Origin: Octopus sinensis
Lineage: Eukaryota
Assembly: GCF_006345805.1 (NCBI RefSeq)
Contig: NC_043017.1
Coordinates: 16,678,001-16,742,000, forward strand
Length of the DNA stretch: 64,000 nucleotides
Direction of reading: 5' to 3'
The notes below the pieces were generated by a model. The model ran no database searches. It was not told the origin of the DNA and was given only the letters and a program-made list of their open reading frames with translations. The translations under genes were made by a program, and so were the position numbers. Shown piece by piece: positions 11,500 through 24,599 of this stretch (within the stretch, counting starts at the first letter, position 1; every line of letters begins with the position of its first letter).

Positions 11500-12200
11500 G
11501 AGCAGATCATTGTAACAGTGGTAGAAGCAGAGAGAGAGAAGAAAGGACCCCTGAAGGGCCGAAAGGTTGGAATGTGTTAGCAAGCAGTTTTGTGTTGATC
11601 AGGTGGACTTTCTTTCGATACAGTTGGAAATGTTTGAATGGGTAGCAATAACACTGCCCCAGGTATGGGAGTACTCTATTGTGAGTTTCATCTGGAATTT
11701 GTAGGGGATTCATAAGGGATGAAGTATTTTCTAAAGAGGAAAGCCAGTCTTTTTGATGCTGAGTATTTCCACTTACCAGGAGATATTCTCCAGTGACAGA
11801 ATAGCCTAAAATTTGTAGCAACTTTCTAGTTCCTGTCTAGGAAGGGTATGTGATGGTTGTGTTATCGGTTGTGACTATGTCTTTGTGCTGTTAAAGAAGA
11901 GAACAAGATTGGTGCAAACTCCATTGAAAAGTGTTCATGGAATCAATGTAGGTTTGATGCAAGGCGTCTAAGTTGCACGGGAGTGAAAGGATAGGAACAG
12001 GTATTGTTGGATACAATGGGTAGATCGTTGACATAAAAAGGAATGAGTGGGGTACAAAGCCAAACTTTGAGGCAGAGCAGAGTTGATAGAGCGGGGGTCA
12101 GAGAGAGTAAAGTACACATAAAGTACATAAAAGTGCTGAAAGGTTGATAGAGTGCAGAGGTAGAGAATTTTGATAGACTTGCGAACTGGACATAGTTTAA
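11500..12200 (-). mobile_element. Heavily decayed Penelope-like RT relic
   Basis: Fragments LPIVSNNTCSYP..LASNL and RVLPYLG..LYRKKVHLINT resemble PLE RT motifs (RPIVS..SP, PFLD, YRKPTHT). Confidence 0.45.
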
Positions 12201-12323
12201 TTGATTTGTTGTGCTTTGAGATTCATGCATGAGACACAGTCAGACGCTTTGTTATGTTTAATTTTGGATAAGGGTTCCTGCTTAAAATCTGATCCAGTAC
12301 TAATGCATCTGATGGTGATTAGA

Positions 12324-12630
12324 AATCAACACGTGACCGACCAGGCTATCAGATGTTGCTACACATCGCTGGTCACAATGCGCTTCGCATTGTTTTAGCC
12401 TTCAAATGACGCCACCTCACTGGCTAAGCGAGCATGCCAACAGAAGAAAGGGTTAGAGAAAGTTGCGGTGAAAAAGTACAGCAGGGATCACCACCATCCC
12501 CTGCTGGAGCCTCGTGGAGATTTAGGTGTTTTTGCTCAATAAACACTCACAACACCCGGTCTGGGGATCGAAACCATGATCCTACGACCGTGAGTCCGCT
12601 GCCCTAACCACTGGGCCATTGTGCCTCCAC
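12324..12630 (-). mobile_element. tRNA-derived SINE family D, tail type 1
   Basis: Minus-strand head ggcccagtggttagggcagcggactcacggtcgtaggatcatggtttcgatcccc with A/B-box-like motifs, plus a hairpin-rich tail. Confidence 0.88.
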
Positions 12631-13052
12631 AATATAAATATAAAATGAATAATTTGATTTTTAGAGATGAGATTAACAGTTCTCAAATTATAATAACTCA
12701 TTTCAAATATTCAGACATTTAATGATGATATTAGTTTAGAAATAATCGTTATTAGTTCTTTTTAAGTGGTAGCATATTACTAGTGACAGGATATGAACCA
12801 ACAAACCTTTGGTTGTTGGTCAGTTAATCACGGCCCACATTTCCTCCCATACAGTATGTTTTCTTGACAATATTTCTACTCTGAAGACTATCTTTGGGTT
12901 TCAATTAAAGCTCAAATATAATCAAGCTTTTATGTATATTGTGCAAGTATTCACTCACTGAAGGCTCACACCATTGTTTAAATTTGATTTCAACCTAAAG
13001 GCAAGAAACCCAGCCTTTATTAACGATGTCATAGTTATGTGACCATTGTTAA

Positions 13053-13472
13053 CGCAGGAGTGGCTGTGTGGTAAGTAGCTTGCTAACCAATCACATGGTT
13101 CCGGGTTCAGTCCCACTGCGTGGCATCTTGGGCAAGTGTCTTCTGCTATAGCCCCGGGCCGACCAATGCCTTGTGAGTGGATTTGGTAGACGGAAACTGA
13201 AAGAAGCCTGTCGTATATATGTATATATATATATATGTGTGTGTGTGTATGTGTTTGTGTGTCTGTGTTTGTCCCCCTAGCATTGCTTGACAACCGATGC
13301 TGGTGTGTTTACGTCCCCGTCACTTAGCGGTTCAGCAAAAGAGACCGATAGAATAAGTACTGGGCTTACAAAGAATAAGTCCCGGGGTCGATTTGCTCGA
13401 CTAAAAGGTGGTGCTCCAGCATGGCCGCAGTCAAATGACTGAAACAAGTAAAAGAGTAAAAGAGTAAAGAGT
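13053..13472 (+). mobile_element. SINE family A
   Basis: Full-length match to 9439-9836. Confidence 0.93.
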
Positions 13473-16400
13473 ATTGTGATGGTTGTGTGATGGGTGATGT
13501 TTATAAATCAAGTATTTGCAAGTGTTGTTGTTGTTAGCAATATAAATTCTTAAATGTCCTTCACTAGAAAAGGGAAAAAAATATGAGATAAATTATATGA
13601 ATAACGAAGTAACGCAAAGCACAGTGGCAACGGGTTCTAACTAAAAAGGGGCTTTACAGTGCATTTTCTTCACCTGGGTCCAGCTGCTGACCAGCTCTTC
13701 AATAAAAAAAAAACAATAAAACACTTAAAAAGGAATTGCTGGTGTTGTTGGTGTTCCTGCTGTTTCTCCTGTTGTTGCTACTGCATACTAGAAGTGGCCA
13801 CACACGAGTCAAAAGCACTCACAATGTCATGCATCAGAGACGACAATCACAATCTTTCATATCGGTTCAAGAATAAATATCGTAGTCTTTTCAGAATGGG
13901 AGGGGGGAGAAATGTCTTGGATGTTTGAACCATCAGGGTAACACAAATGGAAGAGTAGTAACGGGGGTAGAAAAGTACACGTGACTTAATTAAAACAGAC
14001 TTTTCATTCACCTGTCTCCTAGCAACGACCCTACCTAGCAGGTAATTTCCTCGTAATTTCAACATATTTCATGCACACCAAAATCAAAGGAAACTAATAA
14101 ACAAATAAGGCTCACTTTCAAAGAACCCCACCCCCCACCCCAAAAGAACCGCCCCCAGATCCAAAGACAGCAACACTGTAAGATATGGAGTGTCAGGCAG
14201 AGAGTAGTAATGGTGCTTTGGGTTGGTTGATATGATTAGCCGGGGAGAGAAAGAAGAGTACAAAAGAAGTTTCTAATAACGGTTTCGAAATTTATTGGTG
14301 GAACTGAGGAGTGTCTAGTTTGCTGTGTAACACGAAGAAACCAACTCGTCACAGAAAAAAGCCCTACAGTCATTAGTATTGTCGTTACCCTGCTATTTCC
14401 AATAATACATTAAAATGATCCACTGAATCTGACAACTCCCATCTCCTTGCAACACAATTTGTCTTTTCAAAAATGCCAAGTTTAAAAAAGCCAAAAAATC
14501 AAAGATGATGTACATTAAGCCCATTGCATCACACCACTAAACTACTCCATCTCAATCCACAATATAATCCTCTAAGCGGCTTATCAGGGTATTAAATACA
14601 CATACAAAACCCAACAGGCAATTGCAAAATATAACTGGACCAATGTTAAATTCATTAATAAAAAAAGGCTGCATGAATAAATTTCAGCAATTGTGTGTAT
14701 ATAATAATACAAATGTTACACCATTTGATATTAATATGATTTCTGTAAAAACATCATATACATAGAAATTTTCACTCCACACTCTGTACATTAATGACCC
14801 ACTTCTCACAAAACACGTTGATACATAGATGACACAGGCATCTTCCATATGCGGTCAAGCCACCTCTGAGACAGTGCTGCATCCCTATATACAAACATCC
14901 AAAAGAAAACCCATCAAATTCATTGGCTCCATACACCAAGGCACTGCAATCCTTAGCTCATGGACGTTGTGTCTTCTTTTTCCGATTACATGATTGCTAC
15001 TACAATATTCTCTACTCCTTTGCATTAGCTAGTTGCACATATCTTGTGACACACTCATATCTTCTCTCTTCACTCCTACCAAGTCTTATATCCTTGACCT
15101 TGAACTAATCTGACCTGGCACAAAACAGTAACAATGAGATTCAGGCCTAGAATTAATATTAAACAGCAAACATTGTGTTTGTTTTAAATCTAAATAGTAG
15201 CCATTTATAGTGAATTTCATGAACTGAGAATTATTTACTTTTTATATTTAATAATTGATATAATTTTAGTCTGGGGAAGCACAGCTTACTTTGCCTACTC
15301 AGAAAACAAGCCTACTTTATACAACATATGGAGTTCCCTTTTCTTCCAATTGTAGAGTCAAAAGTACTTTTAAAGAACATAAAACTTAATATTTTAACAA
15401 AACCAATCTATTGTGTTTATCAAATCTGCTATAACAGAATCAGAAATTGTTAGTAAAAAGATTTATAAGTATAATAATCTTCTTAATCTTTATAGGTCAA
15501 CATTTTTGTTATAAACTGGCTCAAAAGTATTTGTTTATCATTAAATTTTTACTCCAAAATAATGAGATTTTACAGGAAATTATACAATAGCTAGTATATT
15601 TGATAGCAAAATTAGTATTACTAGTAGGACCTGTGTAAATTCCACGGGATGGAAAAAATTAAGAGGACTTATTTAAGAAAGAACAGATGATTTGCATTTT
15701 TCTAGCATTCATAGTTTAGCTTTCTTTAAATATTCTTGATGTTTGTCTACATCCATTTCGTCACGATTCCATCAGTGTTGTCTTTTGTTTCTCTTTTTAT
15801 TATCATTATGTCTTCTCGTCTGTTCCGTGCTCTACGTCTGGGCATCCTTTCTTGGGCAGCTTGCAACCGTGTTTCTTGTGAATCCAGACTTTAGGCTAAA
15901 TTAACCCTTACAAGCAAATGCCAATTTTTTAAGCGAGCAGATGATAAATAATTGCAATTATGCATATGCAAGGATCACTATAGAAAAAAAAAATTAGTTC
16001 AGTACAAAACATACATTCCAATATCAACACAACCACCACCACCACCTCTCTCAATATAACCACCTCACCTGTCCACCTCTCTTTCCCTTCAGCTAACTTT
16101 TTAATGACGTAACAAGTATTCCTTCCCCCCACCCCCACCCACTCTTTTTCCTCGTCTTTTTCTCTTGTTCTTCATCTCCTACCTTTAGGCTGACCATGTG
16201 ACCATTTGGCCTAAGCATATTAATATTAATCCCCTTTCTCCACTTCTTCCTTTCTTCTTCCTTCACTCCTCCTCTCCAACTAACGAATGCATAACGAGTG
16301 AACGAACAAGCAGATTATCATATGCAGATGCTCGAGAGAACATCTACCCTAACGTTTCACAATAATTCCTGGGTAAGGGAAAATAATACAGTGAAGCTTG

Positions 16401-16639
16401 ATATGAATATGCGTTGCAAGGGAGTCAGCAACAAACATCTAAGGGTTTTTAATCCCATCTTAACTTCACATTAAATTCTGTTTCCCGTACGATGGCTTGT
16501 GCTCTGGTGGTAAGATTTTAATCCAACAAAATTTGAATAGCAAACAGATTTAGAGTTTCAAAGAAAAAAGTTATTATACAAGAAAGAGTTACAATAACAC
16601 CCATAGACAAAAAAAAAATATATAGAACATGAAAGGCTT

Positions 16640-17029
16640 AGGAGTGGCTGTGTGGTAAGTAGCTTGTTTACCAACCACATGGTTCCGGGTTCAGTCCCAC
16701 TGCGTGGCATCTTGGGCAAGTGTCTTCTACTATAGCCTCGGGCCAACCAAAGCCTTGTGAGTGGATTTGGTAGACGAAAACTGAAAGAAGCCCGTCATAT
16801 ATATGTGTGTGTGTGTTTGTGTGTCTGTGTTTGTCCCCCTAGCATTGCTTGACAACCGATGCTGCTGTGTTTATGTCCCCGTTACTTAGCAGTTCGGCAA
16901 AACAGACCGATAGAATAAGTACTGGGCTTACAAAAGAATAATTCCCAGTGTCGAGTTGCTCGATTAAAGGCGGTGCTCCAGCATGGCCGCAGTCAAATGA
17001 CTGAAACAAGTAAAAGAGTAAAAGAGAGA
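16640..17029 (+). mobile_element. SINE family A
   Basis: Full-length match to 9439-9836. Confidence 0.93.
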
Positions 17030-18688
17030 ATATGGTACAGTTCTGTTTATAAACTTGATGTTCATTCTAGAATTACGAAACATTTTTTAAAAACTTCTAT
17101 CCAATCATTTTTCTTGTGAATGCAAATTCAAAAGTAATTTTAATAGTAATACCATTAAAATTAACTATTCTACTACAAAGAATTTTCCAGCATCATTGTT
17201 TAACATCAACAAGAAGAAATACAACTCCAATGACCATAAATCCCAGACAAATGTAATATGTCTAATTGATGGTAAATCTATAGATGAGCCATGGTGACAA
17301 TCACCATAATTCAGTTGTTAAAGAATGCGTGAGTCTTGCAGTAAATCTATTCAAATTATGGTTCAATCAACACATCTTTGGCAAAATAAGCAATTGGATT
17401 TTAACATGTCATATTCTGAACTGATCTGAAGAGCAAAAACAAAACTGTAGCATTTGCAAAATATACATCCTAGAAAAAGTGCTGTCCTCTTCCATATCAA
17501 AGAATATTCATAACGGGAATTCTGAATTTCTTTCTACCATCACAAATCTAAGCAATTTCAAATCTGTTATATAAACTGACATTCAGTTAACCAAGTATTA
17601 TGTCATATTCTCCTTTTATCATAATTTTACATTGCTTCTGGACAAAATATATTCATAGTTTGTGAGTAATCTTCAAATCTGAATACTGTCATGAAGCCTG
17701 GTCTCAGGACCAGAACGACTGGAGACCAGGGTCTAGAAACCCTGCACAACTCCATGCCCTATTTCCTCCTATGATATCCCCATTACCCTTCATCTTTCTG
17801 TTTTTCTTTGATAACACTAATCGCTCTCGTTACTGGGAACCATTCCACTTGATACCCATCCTTAATACTATCCTCTCCACCCTGATCCCCCTGTGCCACC
17901 AATAACCCCCCCCCCCATGCTATATACCAGCCTCTCTTCCCAAACTCAAGCAAACTACTCAACCACTCGTCATCTCTTGTTTTTACCCTGTCTAATGTAG
18001 CATCCTTACTATTCTGCTACTCTTCAAACCATCCACAACATCCTCCACCCAACCCCCATCCAATCTCTACAGTTGTCACCTACTCTTCCCCAGCTCACCA
18101 ACTTATCACCCACTCAACCCATGTTCTTCATTCATTCTCTTCTTACTCACTGCCCATCTCTCACTCTCACTCACACTCATACCACTCAACCATTCCACAC
18201 AGCTGGTTCTTTCACTCACCTCATACCATGCTACCCCACAACAGACTTCATCCATCTCATCACTGCTATTTTTATCTCTTACCTGCTTCACTCTGATTGC
18301 TTCTCCCTCACCCTCTCTTCCAGAATGTGAAAGCAAGAAACCTTGTTCTGCTCTGACCCCCTTCTCTCATACTTTAACCCCTCATTAAGTTGCACTAGAG
18401 CTGGTGTCACAACCCCCCCCCGAAACCCCCAGAACATACTGTAAAGTGGTTGGTATTAGGGAGGGAAACAGCCGTAGAGACCGTGCCAAAGCAAACAGTG
18501 GAGCACGATGCGGTCCTTGTATCCCCTCTGCTTCCTAACAATTCCACTAATCCAAAATCTTGGATTAGAAGTATTTTTTAAAAAATTAATTTCGAAAGAA
18601 TAGAAAGCAGAGTTGACCATGGCAGAACCTGAGCTAAAAGACTTGATGCAAATACTTCAAGACATTCTAATAAAACACTCAAACAACT

Positions 18689-19097
18689 TTGTTGTTGTTG
18701 TTGTTAATTTAAGAATCAGCTTGCTCATGCTGTTTGCTTGTTTGTTGAGCGAAGTGGTCTTCGTCCTTTGGGAGAAGTCCGAAACGTGGTCCTTTGCTAT
18801 TCGTAAGACCCGCAGAAGAGAAAGCAGGTCAACCCCCGACACCGAGAGCATCGACGGATGGATGAATGCGCATCCAGGCTCAGCGGTTGCGTAGGAAGTC
18901 GGGGACAAGAAACAAGAAGAAAGAGTGAGAGAAAGTTGGGGCGAAAGAGTACAACAGGGGTCGCCACCATCCCCTGCCGGAGCCTTGTGGGGCTTTATTC
19001 GCTCAATAAACACACACAACACCTGGTCTGGGAATCGAAACCACGATCCTCCGACCGCGAGTCCGCTGCCCTAACCACTTGGCCATTGTGCCTCCAC
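18689..19097 (-). mobile_element. tRNA-derived SINE family D, tail type 2 ending in (AAC)n
   Basis: First ~165 bp homologous to 12465-12630; the remaining ~230 bp are unrelated to the type-1 tail. Confidence 0.82.
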
Positions 19098-19855
19098 TTT
19101 GCTTTTGGTGTTGCTCTTGTTGGACATGTAGTGATAACTTATGGATAAAAATAAGGCCGGCCCCAATCGATGCCTAACCAACTTTCCAATATAGAAAGCT
19201 ACTGTGTCGCTTCCTCACTTTCTGTTACTAAATATGGTGTTAGGATGTGGGTGGTAAAAAAAAAAACCAAACCAAAACAGCACAATAGCCAATTCATTAA
19301 GGAATCAATTTATGCATAATTGGGAGAATTTAGATATGTAATGTCACAGGCTGAAAATATTTTGCACTGTTGTTCATATTTGTCCAAAACATAATCCAGA
19401 TGGATTGAATGTTTCTGGAATTCTGATGATTAGCAACAAATAAGAGATAACTAAAAATAGATGCTTGAGTTATTGGAGGATTACTTTCAATTGAATCCTT
19501 CTGAATTGCTTATCATTTTATTCAGTGGTTAAAGATAAATCGTTTCATTTCTATCTGAAGTTAGGCCTATAATCGAATTGGTTGTCGCAGATTTAAAATA
19601 TTTTGTATTGTTGTATTACACAGGCAGTCATACACAAACATATACATTATATACACATACTATGCATACTATATATACACAAACACATCCCTGTATACAC
19701 ACACACACACATTTATATACAGACACAGTCTTTGTATGTGCAGGTGCTTGCAAGTGGTTGTGTGTCTTTTATGTACACACAGATACATACACATGTTTGT
19801 ATATTTATTTACTTAGCTCCAAATGTCTAAAGATCTGGGGGAAATGGTGGTTTAA

Positions 19856-20066
19856 CCCTTTAGCATTTAAACCGGCCAAAAGTATTCTGCCTGTTCTATG
19901 TTCAAACTGGCCAGATCTGGTCTCTCACACCAACCCTACAATATCGTTTTAAAAATTAACAGCTACCTCATCGAAATCTCATAGCTACAAGATAATGCAT
20001 GATTAGTTCAAAACAATGTGGATGAAGGAGCATTAATTTTGGCAGAATTATGCGAACACTAAAGGG
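19856..20066. mobile_element. piggyBac-like MITE
   Basis: TTAA|CCCTTTAG ... CTAAAGGG|TTAA; homologous to 42699-42918 and 61351-61561. Confidence 0.85.
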
Positions 20067-20109
20067 TTAATTGAGTGATGCTATTAATAATGGTACACCT
20101 GATAATGCG

Positions 20110-20302
20110 CAAATGCATCTGACTGCGAGCGACCAGCCCTGCAAAGCTCTACGGATGCTGGAGAGTGTCCCTCGGCTCCTTAGTTGTCATATGAAGATTG
20201 CAACTTCAAGGACAGCCACAGCCGATGTGGGCACAATGAAAGGGAAGCCTGGTGAAATTAGTGAAATGCTAGAACGGAGGCATGTAGATGTGTTGCGATG
20301 GT
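20110..20302 (+). mobile_element. RTE LINE 5'/endonuclease-start fragment
   Basis: DVGTMKGKPGEISEMLERRHVDV resembles the RTE motif NVGTL.G...E...L.RR.VD. Confidence 0.6.
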
Positions 20303-20502
20303 CTCAGGCAGACTTTTTTTAATGGTAAATAACTATAGGTAGATAAAGTGATCGAAGAAGTCAGTGTGTATTAACAGGGTAATTAAGCTGAGGCTAATCT
20401 TGGAAAATACAAAAGCAACTTTCGGTCTTTCCTTCTGCTAACTCAACCTGGACTGCCATGTGGCTGGAAAGCAAACTCCTGAAACACACAGCTACACCTG
20501 TG

Positions 20503-20552
<50 letters not shown>

Positions 20553-20554
20553 TA

Positions 20555-20606
<52 letters not shown>

Positions 20607-20984
20607 GCTATAGTAATGGAAATCAAATTTACTAACTTTTTAGGGGTAACCAGATTCGAAGTTACTTAATGATTGTTATTCGCACATTATGGAAGGGAGA
20701 ATTTAGCAAATCGACAGAAATCATTAACACAAACCAAACAAGCAACAAGTACAGTTCTCGATGAACTAATCTGTATTATTATTATTATTATTTACAAAAT
20801 GAGGAACCATATATGGTGCATATCCAAACTCTATGAATACTTTGAGAAGTAACAAACAACACTGTTGTAATAAGAATACAATTCATAAACTATATCTATG
20901 GGGGTATTTTGGCTATCGCATTTACAGTCTCAAGTCTATATTAACAGTTATTATGGAATTCTCACCCCTCCCTCTCTCTCTCTC

Positions 20985-21114
20985 TCAGCCGAAATTGTGA
21001 AGATGATCCGGTTCTTGACTGAAGATCGAAGGCTTCAAATGTCCCGTCGGTTTTTTTGTATCGTCTTCTAAATGTTTTGCGTTCTTGTCCCAGTTTGTGT
21101 TTTTTTACATTTAT

Positions 21115-21118
<4 letters not shown>
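20985..21118. repeat. Short interspersed repeat abutting (TA)n; homolog at 38837-38928
   Basis: Shared ttgactgaagat..aggctt...cccgtc.gttttttgtatc.tc...aatgttttgcgttcttgtccca. Confidence 0.7.
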
Positions 21119-21154
<36 letters not shown>

Positions 21155-21520
21155 CACACACACACACACATACATACATACGCACACATATATGCATGCA
21201 AGTGCATGAGGACCTATGTGTGTTTATTTACGTCAGCACTTGCTTCTATGGAAGTTGCACCCTACAATTAATGATGTTGTCAGTTTTCCTGTTAAGAAAT
21301 CGTCCAATTGCCCTCCTTGCCCTTGAAACAATGTGGCATAAAAGACCCCTTATTTGAAATAGAGTTAAAGAAGAGATAAGCGGAAGAGCAACAAACTGTA
21401 AAACAATGTCTCAGTTAGTTGCACGTTCATCTGACCCCTGTCTAACATTGGAAAAGGGACACAGAAATGAGGGGACAAATGAATGATGTGTACTGTGTGT
21501 GTGTGTGTGTGTGTGTGTGA

Positions 21521-21555
<35 letters not shown>

Positions 21556-21599
21556 TGTGCAAGTGTATCACCATCAGCAGCATCAATTTTATGTTCACT

Positions 21600-22003
21600 T
21601 CTGTTCGTTGCCAGCCTGGCCTGGCCCCCGTGCCGGTGACATGTAAAAGCACCATCCGTTCGTGGCCGTTTGCGAGCTCTGTCTGGCCCCCGTGCCGGTG
21701 ACACGTAAAAGCACCATCCATTTCGTGGCCGTTTGCCAGCTCTGTCTGGCCCCCGTGCCGGTGACACGTAAAAGCACCATCCGTTCGTGGCCGTTTGCCA
21801 GCTCTGTCTGGCACCTGTGCGGGTGGCACGTAAAAAGCACCCACTACACTCACGGAGTGGTTGGCGTTAGGAAGGGCATCCAGCCGTAGAAACACTGCCA
21901 GATCTGACTAGGCCTGATGAAGCCTTCCGGCTTCACAGACCCCAGTTGAACCGTCCAACCCATGCTAGCATGGAGAACGGACGCTAAATGATGATGATGA
22001 TGC
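21600..22003 (+). mobile_element. SINE-like family B with four ~62-bp internal tandem units
   Basis: Unit starts at 21661, 21724 and 21786, followed by the family-B core and a (GAT)n tail. Confidence 0.9.
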
Positions 22004-22178
22004 TTGAATAGGTCAGAATTTGTGGAGGCAGAGTCTTTCTTTCTTTCTTTCGTTCTGCCTATCTATCCATCTATCTATCTATCTATCTTTTTTCTTTTTC
22101 CCCTTTTTTCCTTTTTTCTTCTTTTTTCTTTTCTTTTATTTCTTTTCCTTTTTTTTCTTTTTTTCTTCTTTCCCTTTT

Positions 22179-22293
22179 ACGATCCCTTTTGATTGAAAAC
22201 CTACCCCACTTTTTTTTTTCCCCCAAAAAAAGAAAAGCTCTACTTTGTAATCTGTCCCGTCTGTGTGCAGCCCTGTGTGGCTAATAAAGAAAC
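22179..22293 (+). mobile_element. 3' end of a Tx1/L1-like LINE (short copy)
   Basis: acgatccct..ttgattg, aaaagctctactttgta and aataaagaaac are shared with 22770-22889. Confidence 0.7.
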
Positions 22294-22350
22294 ACGACCG
22301 TCTGTCCATCCGTCCATCCATCCCTCCCTCCATTCATCTATCTATCTATC

Positions 22351-22889
22351 TTTGAAATGGGAAGGAAGAGACATTTTCATCATACTTGTGGCTATGGCGA
22401 AAGAATGTATCTGGTGGACGCGTCTGAAAGGATTGGCGACAAACACTTTCCTCTCTGGTCAATCTCTCATCAACTTCTTCAAGTATCACTTGAAAAGGAA
22501 AGTGAGAGTAGGGAGGCAAGTTTTGTCTAGCGAATGTTTCAAAAAAAGATGAGTAAATGTATCAAGGATGGCACGTATGAATGACGGAGCCACCTTGAGC
22601 ATAATCCTATGAACCCAAAAAAGACGGGAAAAAAGAGAGTCCTTTACTGTAATGTGTTTTTTGCATGACATTATTCCCCGAGGTTACCGTGGTCTTTTCC
22701 GTAGGCTTTTCTTTCCACGGATAAACCTAATCTGTTTCCCATTTTACACTGACATTTCTGTGATACACGATCCCTATTGATTGGCTCCCACCCCTTTTTT
22801 TCCAAGATCCCTTTTGATCGGAATTCTTCCCTTCCCAAAAAGAAAAGCTCTACTTTGTACTTTGTCCCCTCTGTGTTCAATAAAGAAAC
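22351..22889 (+). mobile_element. 5'-truncated Tx1/L1-like LINE 3' fragment
   Basis: IILVAMAKECIWWTR...FFKYHLKRKVRVGRQVLSSECFKKR resembles a Tx1 ORF2 C-terminus; ends AATAAAGAAAC + (TATC)n. Confidence 0.7.
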
Positions 22890-23329
22890 TTATCTATCTA
22901 TCTAATTAAATAAATAACACGGGATCAATAAATTGTCAGCTGTTTCTGCTAGAAAATTCAATGCACAAAATTTGATACTTTTTTCTGGTATATTTTGATG
23001 GTTCATGATGCAAATGAAAGCTAAAATTTTGTCCTTTAACACAATGCCATTTTTACCCATGTCAACCAAATACTGCAAACAGAAAAAAATTAAATCTTAA
23101 AATAGGACAAAAATGTACTCTTTTTAAAAGTTGAAAAATTTTACCCCCCTTTCCAAAATCCCCCAAATTTTTACACCCACAATTAAAGATAACCGCCTCT
23201 AGCCCCTGCAGCAACACGAAAAGCCACCATTATTCAAACAGCGCAACCTGTCTAGCCCATAAAACTCAATTTTTCCCATATTCCTCACCATGGCAACCAA
23301 ACAGTAGCCCTGAGTAACTTGCAACCCTC

Positions 23330-24054
23330 CTCACACCATTGCCCACCCCATTTTACCCCCCAGTGTAAATTTTGGTGACAATCCAATCCCATCCCAAAAT
23401 TAGACAAATAACCAAGAAATCAAACAACTTTTTTGCATTTCAGCTTTATAGATATTGATGGTGATTATATATATATACACATATGTATATACACATTATA
23501 TATATATATTTATATACACATATATATATATATATATATAAATTAATACAATATATCTGATAATATCTGTTATGATTGTGCGGTGGAGGTGGGTGGTAAT
23601 AATTCACCTTTCTAAAAGACCTGTGGTGGGAATATTTAAACTTTTGTGGCTGTCAACGCTTTCCCTCAATAGATACAGACAGACGTACAGTGAGAGAGGT
23701 GGTGGGAGAAAGAGTGACAGAGAGATGGTGAAGGCGGAGAGGGAATGAGAGTGGAAGGTGTCAAACGTAGTTATAGAGAGAAAGTGAAGGGAAAGGAGGA
23801 AAGAGAGAGGTCAAGGAAGACAGGGTGATATCCGAAAGAGAGAAATGACAAACACTTGTCAAAGTCTGGGTTTTGTTGCTCTAGTAACCACAGCCTTTGA
23901 AATAGGGGTTTCTAACCTAGTCCAGTCGCTTCCTCGCCTCTTTTTACATGTCTCTGTAAATTTTGGCGCCAACCCGACCCCATCTACCGCCCCTTAAACT
24001 GTTCCCATCCCAAATGAGACAAACAACTTTTTCGCATTTCAGCTTTATAGATAT
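23330..24054 (-). repeat. Two related Helitron-like 5' ends (23330-23455 and 23950-24054)
   Basis: Both end aaacaactttt..gcatttcagctttatagatat, which reads A|TCTATAAAGCTGAAATG on the minus strand; 3' termini not clearly found. Confidence 0.5.
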
Positions 24055-24327
24055 TGGTAAAAGCTGAATTTACTTGTTGCATGGAAGTCAATGAATAAAC
24101 AGGTTTCATATGATGAAAGTCCATATTAGGACAAGATTTTCAGGAGAGCACATCACTCCACTAGCATGAGAGATAGGTGTCTGCTGTTTGAAACATTATT
24201 TCAGTCACATGTGACTAAGCCTGATCTAGTCAAAGACTACCACAGAGGAATTTGGGAATATGCTTGAGGCTCTTAAAGCATCAACTTTTAGCAACAATCT
24301 CCAACTCTTGTGTGTTTATTACCTTAC

Positions 24328-24381
24328 CAAGAGAGGGAGATTCACATTTGTAACTCCCAGAGACATCTCCTGTGAGGGTCA
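24328..24381 (-). CDS. 54-nt internal exon (VTLTGDVSGSYKCESPSL)
   Basis: ctaatgctaactatttcag acceptor with a branch-like motif, G|gtaagg donor, open frame, phase 1-1. Confidence 0.7.
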
Positions 24382-24599
24382 CTGAAATAGTTAGCATTAG
24401 AGAGGTCCCCACATTTTCACACCTACACATACATATACGCACATGTCCAGACCACCAGCCCTCTTTCACACGCACATACATACTCTCTTATACACACACA
24501 CACCTTCGTGTTGGGGGTCATCTTTACTTTGTTATCTCCCCTACTTCTTTGCTCTCTTGTGTGACCCTTCTGCCCGGCAGTCAGTCGCCATGATAGATC

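Noticed and set aside
15622-15655. Helitron-like 3' end on the minus strand (cccgtg..cacagg..CTAG)
   Set aside because: Imperfect hairpin and no matching 5' TC end found.
17177-17277. 101-nt phase 1-0 segment (DLPSIRHITFVWDLW...) that would complete the exon chain
   Set aside because: Both splice signals are weak and such phase matches arise easily by chance; it needs RNA evidence.
21600-21840. Regular repeats as a CRISPR-like array
   Set aside because: The units are contiguous with no unique spacers, sit inside a SINE-like element, and no cas genes are present.
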